Assembly (NCBI GenBank): GCA_964510025.1
Contig: CAZDZV010000003.1
Location: forward strand, 1 to 64,000
Source: an uncultured Methanosarcinales archaeon
GTDB lineage: Archaea > Nanobdellota > Nanobdellia > Woesearchaeales > DATDXC01
DNA length: 64,000 bases
Direction: 5' to 3'
Shown: positions 46,343 through 56,092 of the stretch, piece after piece
Layout: the number at the start of each line of letters is the position of its first letter
Position numbering within the stretch: position 1 is the stretch's first letter
Position numbers and translations under genes: made by a program
The notes under the pieces: model-generated
The model's input: only the letters and a program-made list of their open reading frames with translations
The model's database searches: none
What the model was told of the DNA's origin: nothing

Positions 46343-47412
46343 TTTAAGGCCTTTATTATCTGCTGTGATGCATTTTTTTCATAAGGAAACCTGATGGCCT
46401 TTATTCTCTTGAGCAGATTATCGTCTTTAACAAGTTGTCTAGTTTTTCTTAAGATCCTGGCCTTATTTGCTCCAACTAAAAAATTTTTTCCTGCGTCCAC
46501 CAGTCTCATCCATTCACTATCTTCCCTAGGTATCAGACACGGCTTGTTGAAAACCAGAGTTTCTTCCTGGATACCCCCTGAATCGCTCATGATGAACCTG
46601 GCAGCCGACATCAGCTTTAGGAAATCGATATAACCCAGGGGTTTTATCAATTTTATTTTTTTCGACACCCTTATTTTATTTTTTCTGATCGTTCTAAGGG
46701 TCCTGGGATGGATAGGAAAGACAATATCTATCTCATCTGTGAGTATATTGAGAGCACTTATAATGCTTTCAAGCCTCTTTCTATCATCTGTGTTCCCAGC
46801 CCTGTGCAATGTAACTAGAACAAACCTGTCTTTTCTTAGGCCCAATCTACTGAGTATGTCTGATCTGCTGAGGAACTGCCTGTTTCTCAAACAGGCCTCG
46901 AAAACAGTGCTCCCTACCAGATGTACCTTCTTTCGGGGTATACCTTCTTTGATAAGAATGTCATAAGCCTTTCTGTCAGGAGCAAAAAGAATGTCTGATA
47001 TGTTGTCAACAATTATTCTGTTGATCTCTTCTGGCATCTGCCTGTTGAATGACCGGCATCCTGCTTCTACATGCGCTACCCTTATGTGGAGCTTTGAAGC
47101 AGCTAAAGCACCAGCAAGAACACTATTAGTATCACCAAGGACAAGTACAATATCCGGAAGCTCTTTTAGCAGTATATGTTCAATGCGATCCAGCATTATC
47201 GCTGTCTGCCTTCCCTGCCTGCATGAGCCTACCTCCAGATTATAGTCCGGCCTTTTGAGCTTCAACTCTTCAAAGAAAAGAGAGTCCATCTCAAAATCAT
47301 AGTGCTGGCCGGTGTGTATTAAGATATGATCAAACTTTTTGGGGAGCTTGGTAAGCAAGGGAGATAATTTAATAATCTCGGGCCTTGTTCCCAGAACAGT
47401 TGCTATCTTCAT
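46339..47412 (-). CDS. wecB: non-hydrolysing UDP-GlcNAc 2-epimerase family (WecB/WbpI-like)
   Basis: GTRPEIIK, HTGQHYD, GDTNS, HVEAG.RS, PEEINR, TLHR, DSGGIQEE. Confidence 0.93.
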   Translation of the reverse strand: MKIATVLGTRPEIIKLSPLLTKLPKKFDHILIHTGQHYDFEMDSLFFEELKLKRPDYNLEVGSCRQGRQTAIMLDRIEHILLKELPDIVLVLGDTNSVLAGALAASKLHIRVAHVEAGCRSFNRQMPEEINRIIVDNISDILFAPDRKAYDILIKEGIPRKKVHLVGSTVFEACLRNRQFLSRSDILSRLGLRKDRFVLVTLHRAGNTDDRKRLESIISALNILTDEIDIVFPIHPRTLRTIRKNKIRVSKKIKLIKPLGYIDFLKLMSAARFIMSDSGGIQEETLVFNKPCLIPREDSEWMRLVDAGKNFLVGANKARILRKTRQLVKDDNLLKRIKAIRFPYEKNASQQIIKALK

Positions 47413-47414
47413 GT

Positions 47415-48128
47415 TTATACCTTTAATCTGAACAATCTTATAAATATTATCTTAATTATGAATCTCGTATGGCTGAATATTACCTTCAGCAGCCTTATAT
47501 TGGATCGCCCGTATTTTCTAGCATGCAATGTTGTAGGGTATTCCTTTATCTTGTAGCCCTTGAGTATGGCATATACCAGTATTTCTGCACAGCAAAGAAA
47601 GTCATCTGATCTGAACCTTATATCCTCTATCACCTTTCTTCTATAGGCCCTAAAAATAGCAGTATAGGTATAAAGGTCAGCATTCATGATAACCGAATAA
47701 ATCTTTGAGATTGCCTTGCTTAGAAACAGCCGATAGCCAGCAACGTTCTCTACCTTTCCTTTTGGATGGTAGGGGGAGGCGCTTACTATATCTGTGCTGG
47801 GATCCAGCAGCCTTAAGAGATTTACAATCTCAATGGGGGGATAAGTACAATCACTGTCTATAGGTACGATGACATCCCCAGTGGACGCCTTAAACCCGGT
47901 CCTTAAGGCAGCCCCGAGATTCCTGTTTTTATCATGTCTCAGGATCTTGATATTTTTTCTGTTTTCATAAAACTTTTTTAGAAGTTTGTAGGTATTATCT
48001 TCAGAACCATCATCAATGAAGATAATCTCATAACTGTGTAGCAACCTCTCTGCCTTTTTGAGCTGTCTTACAAGAAAAGGGACCCCTTCCTCCTCATTGT
48101 AGCATGGTACAATAATCGATATTTTCAT
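47415..48128 (-). CDS. GT2 glycosyltransferase
   Basis: VPCYNEE, DDGSED, LGAALRTG, DSDCTY, ASPY. Confidence 0.9.
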   Translation of the reverse strand: MKISIIVPCYNEEEGVPFLVRQLKKAERLLHSYEIIFIDDGSEDNTYKLLKKFYENRKNIKILRHDKNRNLGAALRTGFKASTGDVIVPIDSDCTYPPIEIVNLLRLLDPSTDIVSASPYHPKGKVENVAGYRLFLSKAISKIYSVIMNADLYTYTAIFRAYRRKVIEDIRFRSDDFLCCAEILVYAILKGYKIKEYPTTLHARKYGRSNIRLLKVIFSHTRFIIKIIFIRLFRLKV

Positions 48129-48168
48129 TGTCTTATCAAACTACGCCCATTTTATAAATATTGCTGTT

Positions 48169-49215
48169 TTAAACAAACTGCTTGATCACAAAAGGGCTTA
48201 ATTTCTGTATCAATGTGGCAGGTAATTTGCTCCAGATAGACTCTAAAAACCTGAACCTAGTGGTATTCACAGAAGGAACCTGCCGGGCCGTGTTTAGATA
48301 AAAGTTAGATGGTATCTCTACCATTTCATCAGCCCATCTCTCCTTGAAATTATATAAGCCCCCGTCATTTGCAAATTTCGTTGCTCCTCCAAAATTAAAA
48401 ATAGAGTAATTATTCTCGCATCCATACTTTATAGCCTCCCAAAAAAGGGCATGATAGGGCTGCATCCTCAGAACTGACTTATCATATTTGACACCGGCAT
48501 ACCAGTATCTTATCTTTTTATTATAGCAAAGAAGCCAGATAGCAGCTACAGGCATACCATCTAATTCTGATATATAGATCCTGGTCAAATCTTTGAAACT
48601 TGCAAGGATATCGTTAAACATGCTGTAAGGGTAGGCAGGGACCCCGCGAAACTTCCTGGTACTTAGGAAAAGCCTGAAAAAATCATCCAGCTCTTTTTGG
48701 GAGTTGCCCTGCCTTACAGAAAGACCGCTCTTCTGGGATTTCTTAATCCCCCATCTTACGCTGCTTTTTGGCAGCCTGGCCCAGACATCACTGGGATCTT
48801 CAGAGAGCTTAAGGTAGAAATTGGTTACAGGTTTTTTAACTATAAACTTCTTAATAGGGGTCTTGCCCCTTATTTCAAGATAACCTGCATTTCTTTGTAC
48901 AGTGAGTGTCTTAGCATGCTCAACAATTTCAGCTGTAGCCGCGTCTTCTTCTGACAACGGCCCGGTTGAGACAGCATATGGTGTAGAGACTATCCTCCTG
49001 CCAAAGAGAAGACTGTCTGCTTCAAACAATGGCAGGATCGACTTGATTTCTTCCTGCCTGTTCCTGGCAACAAGGTAGAAAGGTCTGAAGCCAAAATTTT
49101 TTCTTACTATCTCCTTCCATTCGATAGTGTGCTCTATAATATAATCCTTATCTTTCAGAAAATTTCTGTAGTCTTCTTCATCCTGTTGTTCCAAGATTCT
49201 TATGTCATATACCAT
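48169..49215 (-). CDS. FemAB-like GNAT protein
   Basis: H..EW, S.PY..GPL, YLEIRG, VR..I.K..K.GL, FNFGG, GLYNFKERW. Confidence 0.85.
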   Translation of the reverse strand: MVYDIRILEQQDEEDYRNFLKDKDYIIEHTIEWKEIVRKNFGFRPFYLVARNRQEEIKSILPLFEADSLLFGRRIVSTPYAVSTGPLSEEDAATAEIVEHAKTLTVQRNAGYLEIRGKTPIKKFIVKKPVTNFYLKLSEDPSDVWARLPKSSVRWGIKKSQKSGLSVRQGNSQKELDDFFRLFLSTRKFRGVPAYPYSMFNDILASFKDLTRIYISELDGMPVAAIWLLCYNKKIRYWYAGVKYDKSVLRMQPYHALFWEAIKYGCENNYSIFNFGGATKFANDGGLYNFKERWADEMVEIPSNFYLNTARQVPSVNTTRFRFLESIWSKLPATLIQKLSPFVIKQFV

Positions 49216-50092
49216 TTTTATCCAGCAACTTTTTGGTTTGCATTATCTTATAATCTTTTGCAATGCTCTTAATTATATATTCACAGATTCTTTTTCTTTT
49301 TGCATACCTGGTTTTTTGCGCAGCAGGAAGGCCCCTAATATCATCAGACAGATCTATCGCATGGAAAGTGTAATTTATCGGTATCTTATTCCTTTTCACA
49401 AGCGAGTAGCCGAACCTAAAAAGGCTTAATCCAGCCATGTAAACAAATACTGTCTGGAAGGGGAACCTGAATACAGGTATGACTGTTGAGGGAACCTCAA
49501 TAAGTCTGAAGTTTCCCTGCTTCCATATCGAATCAGGCGAGGGGCGGTATGGCCTGTTTGGCGCAAATCCCCAGACCATCTTTGGCCCGTGTGTCCTTAT
49601 TTTAAAACTTATCAAGCCATTTATCAGCTGCAGAGGGGGGTAAAAAAAGCTTGGCAGAACAGAAGAATCATAGCTGTAACCTAGCTCTTTTATTATCCGC
49701 AAAGCAGACTCATCCATATCATAACCAGGCGCCTTGAAGCCCACTGGTTTTTTCCCAGAAATCTTCTGGATTAGACTATCTGCTTTTTGTACCTCTAATA
49801 CTTTCTGGCTATGCGTTAGGTTTCTAAATCCAAAAGCATGGCTATATGAATGACTTGCTATTTCATGGCCTTTTTGCACTATCTTTTTTACAAGATTTCT
49901 TTTTTTAGCTATTTCCAAGTCTTTAGCTATTACAAAAAAGGTGGCTTTAATGTTGTATTCATCGAAAAGTTCAATAAATCTCGGTATAGCACTATAAAAT
50001 ATCGGATCCTCAGCTATCTCAGCCCTTTTTCCATAGTACCCCAGTACTGTCCATAATCCGTCTAAGTCAACCTGCACCGTACCTTTCAGCAT
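49205..50092 (-). CDS. polysaccharide deacetylase (CE4/NodB-like)
   Basis: VDLD, ATFFV, GHEIASHSYSH, GFKAPG, YDSS, FH..D. Confidence 0.9.
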   Translation of the reverse strand: MLKGTVQVDLDGLWTVLGYYGKRAEIAEDPIFYSAIPRFIELFDEYNIKATFFVIAKDLEIAKKRNLVKKIVQKGHEIASHSYSHAFGFRNLTHSQKVLEVQKADSLIQKISGKKPVGFKAPGYDMDESALRIIKELGYSYDSSVLPSFFYPPLQLINGLISFKIRTHGPKMVWGFAPNRPYRPSPDSIWKQGNFRLIEVPSTVIPVFRFPFQTVFVYMAGLSLFRFGYSLVKRNKIPINYTFHAIDLSDDIRGLPAAQKTRYAKRKRICEYIIKSIAKDYKIMQTKKLLDKNGI

Positions 50093-50133
50093 TATTTCGC
50101 TTAATCTAGCAGGTTATATAAATTTTTTGAGAA

Positions 50134-51555
50134 TCAAGGAAGATTATCCTTTACCATCAGATTATAGAATATCTTAAGGCAATTCCTGTAAACATAAAAA
50201 CTCTTTGGCCAGGTAATGAGTTTCTTCAGGGACATGAGCATAAAACTGGGCCTTGAGTAAAATTCCTTATAGCATTTCTTGGCAAATGCTTCCACCTCTT
50301 TTGGGTCTACTTCGCAGGTCCTTAAGGTGTTTTGGCGGTGGAGAGAATATTTTGACCAGTCATCGTCCTGGACTATCCACTTTTTGCTGATGGCTGTCTG
50401 ATACAGCTCGGTGCCTGGAAAGGGAGTAGTTACATAGAATTCTGCCAGATGGGGATTTATTTTTTTTGCGAAATCCAGAGTCTCCTGCATGGTTTCTTTC
50501 GTATCTCCCGGCAACCCCAACATAAAGCTGCAATTTGTTATTATTCCGGATTTCTTTGTAAGCTTGATTACTTTCTCGACCTCTTCCAGAGTGATGCCTT
50601 TCTTGATATTGTCAAGGATTTTCTGGCTTCCGCTCTCTACGCCATAAAATATGAAAAAGCAGCCAGCTTTTCTCATTGCCTTGAGCATCTCCATGTCAAC
50701 CCTAGTCACCCTTGCATAACAGGTCCATCGTATTTTGAGTTCTGCCAACGCGCTGCAGATTTTTAGCAGCCTGGGCTTGCTGCAAGTAAAAGTATCATCT
50801 ACAAACATTATCTGCTGTATGGCATACTTGTCTTTCAGAAATCTAAGCTCTTTTATGATGTTCTCTGCACTTCTCATTCTGAGATATTTCCAGAAATGGC
50901 CAGAAGCGCAATAGGTGCACTTTTTTGTGCAACCTCTTGCCGTGACTACAGTTGTGAATCTTTCTCCCTTTATGCCAGACTGCAGAATCGGTCCGGGCTG
51001 GTATCTGTGCCTAGGCAGAAGATCTCTTGCAGGAAAAGGCAAAGAATCAAGATTTCTTATCATATCTCTTTCTCCTGTCCTCACAATCCGGCCGTCTGCC
51101 CGATAGGCAATTCCCTTTATACTGCTCCAGTCCCTATTGTTCTTGAACTCTTCAGTTATCTCTAATAGGGTATATTCTCCTTCACCAATTACTGCGATAT
51201 CAATATTCTCAATGGACTTCAGGGTCTGTTCAGGCAGGCTTGATACATGCACTCCACCGGCTATGATAAGATTGTCTTCAGTCTTTATTTTGGCAGCCAC
51301 TGCTTTCATGAGCGGCATAGTTATTGTGGTTGCAGTCAATCCAACGATATCTGCCTTGCTCTGTTTTATTTCTTGTATGGTCTTTTCAGTAGTATAGTTA
51401 AGGGCGTTAGAGTCAAGCACATCGACCTCAATGTTGTATTGCCTCAGGAAGGAGGCGATATATGCGATTCCCAGTGGGGGATTTATATCTGCGCTTTCTT
51501 CCCTACCGCCAAAAGCTGCCGAAAGATACGGTAAATTTACAAGCAGGACTTTCAA
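50134..51555 (-). CDS. cobalamin-binding radical SAM protein
   Basis: PPLGIAYIAS, GGVH.S, GEGE, LPFPARDL, RGCTKKCTYC, DDTF, GVESG. Confidence 0.93.
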   Translation of the reverse strand: MKVLLVNLPYLSAAFGGREESADINPPLGIAYIASFLRQYNIEVDVLDSNALNYTTEKTIQEIKQSKADIVGLTATTITMPLMKAVAAKIKTEDNLIIAGGVHVSSLPEQTLKSIENIDIAVIGEGEYTLLEITEEFKNNRDWSSIKGIAYRADGRIVRTGERDMIRNLDSLPFPARDLLPRHRYQPGPILQSGIKGERFTTVVTARGCTKKCTYCASGHFWKYLRMRSAENIIKELRFLKDKYAIQQIMFVDDTFTCSKPRLLKICSALAELKIRWTCYARVTRVDMEMLKAMRKAGCFFIFYGVESGSQKILDNIKKGITLEEVEKVIKLTKKSGIITNCSFMLGLPGDTKETMQETLDFAKKINPHLAEFYVTTPFPGTELYQTAISKKWIVQDDDWSKYSLHRQNTLRTCEVDPKEVEAFAKKCYKEFYSRPSFMLMSLKKLITWPKSFYVYRNCLKIFYNLMVKDNLP

Positions 51556-51651
51556 TTTCTTACCCTCTGGATTAGTACTTTTACCGACTTTAAAAAGCTT
51601 TCTTTGAATGTTGCAAAAGCTTTAAATAACCAGCAAAAAATCTTTGAACCT

Positions 51652-53052
51652 ATGAGAAAACAGGTTTTTTTGCTAGTAGTAATAATTGTATTGGGATTTT
51701 CCTTACGACTTTATGATATTGGTAGAGAAAGCCTGTGGCTGGATGAAATCGCCTCTGTAAAGATAGCTGAATCCGGCAAATCTGATTTTGGGAGCCCCCC
51801 AATTTACTACCGTTTTCTCGGAATATGGATGAATTTTTTCGGCGATTCCTCAGCGGCTATCAGATTCCCTTCCTTTATATTCAGTCTCTGTTCAGTTATT
51901 CTTGTGTATCTCCTCGGAAAAGAAATTTTTAATGAGAAGATTGCCTTATTAGCTACATTTTTCATGGCAATTTCAATGTTCCAAGTGGTGTATGCCCAAG
52001 AAGCCAGGGCATATAGCCTTCTCTTATTCTTGTCCTTAAGTTCTGCCTTATTTTTCATGAGGATAATCTCAAAAAGACGCAGTCTTTCCGACTATGTACT
52101 GTATTCAACCACCATCATTATTGCAAATTATGTGCATTTTCTTGCGCTTTTTTTGATAATAATCTTTAATCTTGTTTTTTTAGTGAAGGCAAATAAGAAA
52201 GAGAGCCGCAGATGGTGGATTTCTCAGGCAATGATAATCCTGGCGATAGTGCCACTTCTGGCCAAATTATTGCAGGTAGTGATAAAGGTTATTTATCTGG
52301 ATTTCAGGGATATTTTTTATCTCCTTGGCATCAGCCATGCTTTATATTATGTTGCATCCAGCCTGGCTTTTCTGTTTTTATTACTGGTCCTGTTTAAGTT
52401 TGGCAATTTCTTATCCAAGAACCGAAAAAAGGTTAAAACAGGGCTGATAAGGTTTTTCTCTGAAAGACTATCGAAGAGAAATTCTTTTGCTGTGTTTATA
52501 ATCCTATTCATACTTTCTATAATCTACCTTCTATCTGTAAAATATCTCGCATCACCTTACAGGATGTTCCTTTTTAGATATTGCCTTTTTCTAACTCCAA
52601 TTTACTACCTATCATCTGCTTTTTTAATATACAGTATCGGGCACAAGAGATTCAGGGGGGCCCTCATAATACTGGCTGTAATAACGTCAATTTTCAGTTT
52701 GTCTTATTTTTATCTGGCCACAACAAAAGAAGAATGGGATAATGCGGCAACCTACCTTCTTGATGCAGATACAGGTGATCTTATACTGGTAGATGCAGGC
52801 TATATGAAGGTTGCACTTGCTTATTATTATAAAAAAGAGGTTAAGATAGCACCTTTGGTATCTACAATTGACCAATCAGCCATGCTGCGTAATATCAGCA
52901 GCACAATCGATTCAGCAGAAAAGCTGTGGCTTGTACAGTCACATAACTGGAAAACCAAGGACTTTTATAATAGTTATCTGAATAAGAAATATACTCTTTT
53001 GTCAGCTAAGCATTTCAAGGATATTGTTATTTATACCTATAAATCATCTTAG
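51652..53052 (+). CDS. GT-C glycosyltransferase (PMT_2/GT39-like)
   Basis: LRLY.I..ESLWLDE, PPIYY, R.PS, YAQEARAYSL. Confidence 0.87.
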   Translation: MRKQVFLLVVIIVLGFSLRLYDIGRESLWLDEIASVKIAESGKSDFGSPPIYYRFLGIWMNFFGDSSAAIRFPSFIFSLCSVILVYLLGKEIFNEKIALLATFFMAISMFQVVYAQEARAYSLLLFLSLSSALFFMRIISKRRSLSDYVLYSTTIIIANYVHFLALFLIIIFNLVFLVKANKKESRRWWISQAMIILAIVPLLAKLLQVVIKVIYLDFRDIFYLLGISHALYYVASSLAFLFLLLVLFKFGNFLSKNRKKVKTGLIRFFSERLSKRNSFAVFIILFILSIIYLLSVKYLASPYRMFLFRYCLFLTPIYYLSSAFLIYSIGHKRFRGALIILAVITSIFSLSYFYLATTKEEWDNAATYLLDADTGDLILVDAGYMKVALAYYYKKEVKIAPLVSTIDQSAMLRNISSTIDSAEKLWLVQSHNWKTKDFYNSYLNKKYTLLSAKHFKDIVIYTYKSS

Positions 53053-53087
53053 AAACCTTTAAATATGTTCCAGTGCAACCGAATTCT

Positions 53088-55184
53088 ATGAGCATAATTA
53101 CCATAGTGCTGTTTTTCCTTTATCTTTGGGGGTTCGGATTTACAGCCAGCAGATTTGTTCAGAGTGCTGAGAATTTTCTGGAAAGGAACCTTATGAGACT
53201 AGGTATCGGCCTGGGGATATTTCCTATTTTGGCTATCATACTTAATTTCTTTCATATACCGCTTGACTGGCGGATATTCTTGCTGCTATCCATGGGCTGG
53301 CCAGCATTCATACTGTCAAAAAGAATAACCAGAATAAAGATACCAAAACTCAGCATAAAGAGGTCAGATATATACATCATAGCAGTCTTAGCGCTTTTTA
53401 TTATCACTTTTTTTGTCTATGCAAGGGGAGCGTTTATCTATCCTTATCTTGAGAACCAGGATCCTTGGGGGCACACAGTCGGAGCTAAGTATGTTGCTAT
53501 CGAGAAAAATGCATATGATCCCTCAATTCAGGATGAGCCCGGCAAGATAAAGAGCGTACTTGCGTATATAGAGCCATACCCTCCTGCTTATGATGTACTG
53601 ATGGGCGTGCTACACCAGACAACAGAATCTATCAACTGGACCATGAAGTTCTTCAACGCACTTCTTATCTCTCTAGGGATTGTATTTTTTTATTTTTTCG
53701 CCAAACAACTCATAGGGGACAGAAACAAAGCTCTGTTTTCCACATTTGTCTTTGCCATGCTACCATGTTACCTCAGCCATTTCATATGGGCCCATGCCCT
53801 TGTCATTACAATTTTCTTTCCTTTGATGTATGCTCTTGAGAGGATGAAGGTTGACAAAAGATGGAAATTCATTGCTGCAGCAATATTTGCCAGTGTATGG
53901 GTCAGCCAGAATCTTTCACAGCCATTGAAATTAAGCATTCTTATTCTTATATATTTTATTGCTGGGTCAATAGTCTATAAAAAATTGCAAAAAGAAGTTG
54001 TCTTTGCGGCTGCAGCAGGATTCTTGCTTTCCTTGTTTTGGTGGGGAGCCATGATATTTCGGCATGGCTTTGCTTCCTTCATGGCAGATTATGGCGCTTC
54101 AGTAGAGAATGGCTCCGCGGTATCCAGTATAGGCATTATCCCCAGGATAGGCAATATCTTAGCTAACCTTTTTAATCCGGGCGGATCTGCATCTAGGCCG
54201 TACCTTTTCCATGATTTTTTCGTAGCTAAGCCGACAAATATGATAAATAATCCAATCGGAATAGGTATTTTTGTCTCAATAATTGCGTTGGTTGGAGTCG
54301 CTTATGTCCTGTATAAGCAAAGATCATCTCTTGTTCAGCCTAAGAATTTCTGGCTATGCCTTACTATGCTATGGCTTATATATACTTTCCTTGGCGTAAA
54401 TGGAGAAACTTTCAACATATATATCGCCAGAGGGGCATTTAGGGTGTGGATGCTGCTCGCCATCCCTGTTGCACTAATCTGCAGCGAGGGAATTGAATTC
54501 CTTTACCGCTATAGAGATAGGCTATACGTATGGATCGGCCTGCTAGTGGCACTGATCATGTCCATGAATTATGCAGACGATGTTGGTGGGGAATTTCCGC
54601 TGAAAGGGATGTTCTACACAGTCTCTCTGATAATAGTATTTATCAACATTGCTATCCAATCTATCAATACTTTCGGAAAAAATAGGCTAAAAATATCCAG
54701 ATTTTCTATGCTTTCTGTGGTTTTTATTTTTTTTACAGGTATATTATTGACATCAGGCTATCAAAAATACAGCGTTAATACAGCTATCTGGCCAACAGAG
54801 GGATCTTTTTCAGGCGGGCTACCTTCAGAACCATTTGAATATGCTCAATGGTTTAACAGCCTCCCAACAGGCACAAAGGTTTTCTTATACACTCCTAAAG
54901 ACAATATCCCCATAGGATTGGATGCCTTCAGCTGCTACTGGTGCCCGGATATTATCAGATTCCGAGAGGACATCCTATCAAGGAATGTTACAGAACTATA
55001 CTCATTCCTAAAAAGAAAGGACTATCAATACTTTGTATTGGGAAGAATGGATTACAGATATTTGGCTGTTGATAATGAAACCACACGACTTTTAAACCAG
55101 AGGACAAATGAGATTCTTTCTTCTGGGCTATTCAGACCCGTGCATCAGGTTGAGAATGTAATGATAGCCTTAAGAGTGCTATGA
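53088..55184 (+). CDS. large multi-TM protein, probable GT-C glycosyltransferase
   Basis: DPWGH and YPPAY motifs after the N-terminal TMs; many TMs; soluble C-terminal domain. Confidence 0.72.
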   Translation: MSIITIVLFFLYLWGFGFTASRFVQSAENFLERNLMRLGIGLGIFPILAIILNFFHIPLDWRIFLLLSMGWPAFILSKRITRIKIPKLSIKRSDIYIIAVLALFIITFFVYARGAFIYPYLENQDPWGHTVGAKYVAIEKNAYDPSIQDEPGKIKSVLAYIEPYPPAYDVLMGVLHQTTESINWTMKFFNALLISLGIVFFYFFAKQLIGDRNKALFSTFVFAMLPCYLSHFIWAHALVITIFFPLMYALERMKVDKRWKFIAAAIFASVWVSQNLSQPLKLSILILIYFIAGSIVYKKLQKEVVFAAAAGFLLSLFWWGAMIFRHGFASFMADYGASVENGSAVSSIGIIPRIGNILANLFNPGGSASRPYLFHDFFVAKPTNMINNPIGIGIFVSIIALVGVAYVLYKQRSSLVQPKNFWLCLTMLWLIYTFLGVNGETFNIYIARGAFRVWMLLAIPVALICSEGIEFLYRYRDRLYVWIGLLVALIMSMNYADDVGGEFPLKGMFYTVSLIIVFINIAIQSINTFGKNRLKISRFSMLSVVFIFFTGILLTSGYQKYSVNTAIWPTEGSFSGGLPSEPFEYAQWFNSLPTGTKVFLYTPKDNIPIGLDAFSCYWCPDIIRFREDILSRNVTELYSFLKRKDYQYFVLGRMDYRYLAVDNETTRLLNQRTNEILSSGLFRPVHQVENVMIALRVL

Positions 55185-55430
55185 TTCGAACCTGCAAACA
55201 TATTCGTCATCAATCATTACCATGTCGCCACCTGAACCCATGCAGCAGTTGTTCTTGGTTCTGAATTTTGTGCACCATGCTTCATGTCTGGTGCAGATCC
55301 TTTCCATGCATCGATCGTAGCCCTCTTGCCCGATATTAGTTATTGCCCCTATACTCAGGATGATACAGCTAATCATGCCCAGATATATCAGTATAAGCAA
55401 TGTCAGCTGCAATTTATTTAGATTTTTCAT
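55179..55430 (-). CDS. small Cys-rich membrane-anchored protein
   Basis: One TM, then six Cys (C...C....WC....NCC...C); overlaps the upstream stop. Confidence 0.65.
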   Translation of the reverse strand: MKNLNKLQLTLLILIYLGMISCIILSIGAITNIGQEGYDRCMERICTRHEAWCTKFRTKNNCCMGSGGDMVMIDDEYVCRFES

Positions 55431-56091
55431 TTTTTATTATCACGTACTCTATCAATCCTAGCTTCCGTAAAACAGGAACCTTATAAAAAACTTTGTTTAT
55501 ATGGTGGATAACAGGCACCTTGACGGGCAATAATAACCTATATCCTTTCTCGACAATCCTAAAATTATTTTCCCTTAATATTGAAAAAAGCTTCTTCGCA
55601 GTTATCCTGTTGTGGGGCCCTTCCGGCATCTTTAATCCAAGCTTCTCCGCCAACATCAACAAAGGCTCCCATTTGGGATTAGCCATAGAGATAATTATCT
55701 TTGTTTTATCTTCCGTGACCTTTTTGAGATTTTTTATCGCAAGACCTACATCGCTTAGATGCTCGATAACATCCGCCATTATTACATATTCAAACTTTTT
55801 ACTAAGGCTGAGTTTTTCAGCAGGCATTACCATAAAATGGACGTCCGATTTTCTTTTTTTTGCTATCTTTATCATGTCACCGCTTACATCTATCCCTACA
55901 CCTCTATCAGGCTGCAGACTAATTATCAGGCTGCCTGTTCCGCAACCTATTTCGAGAATCTGTTTTTTTGGAGGGACTATTTGACTGTAGAGTTTTTTTA
56001 GGCTAGAATAGTAATATTCATTCTTTTTTTTATAGAAATCATAGTCCTTAGCTATATTATCGAAATGCTCGGTAATATTATTATCTACCAT
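55414..56091 (-). CDS. class I SAM-dependent methyltransferase
   Basis: ILEIGCGTG, GVGIDVS, DVIEHL. Confidence 0.88.
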   Translation of the reverse strand: MVDNNITEHFDNIAKDYDFYKKKNEYYYSSLKKLYSQIVPPKKQILEIGCGTGSLIISLQPDRGVGIDVSGDMIKIAKKRKSDVHFMVMPAEKLSLSKKFEYVIMADVIEHLSDVGLAIKNLKKVTEDKTKIIISMANPKWEPLLMLAEKLGLKMPEGPHNRITAKKLFSILRENNFRIVEKGYRLLLPVKVPVIHHINKVFYKVPVLRKLGLIEYVIIKNEKSK

Positions 56092-56092
56092 A

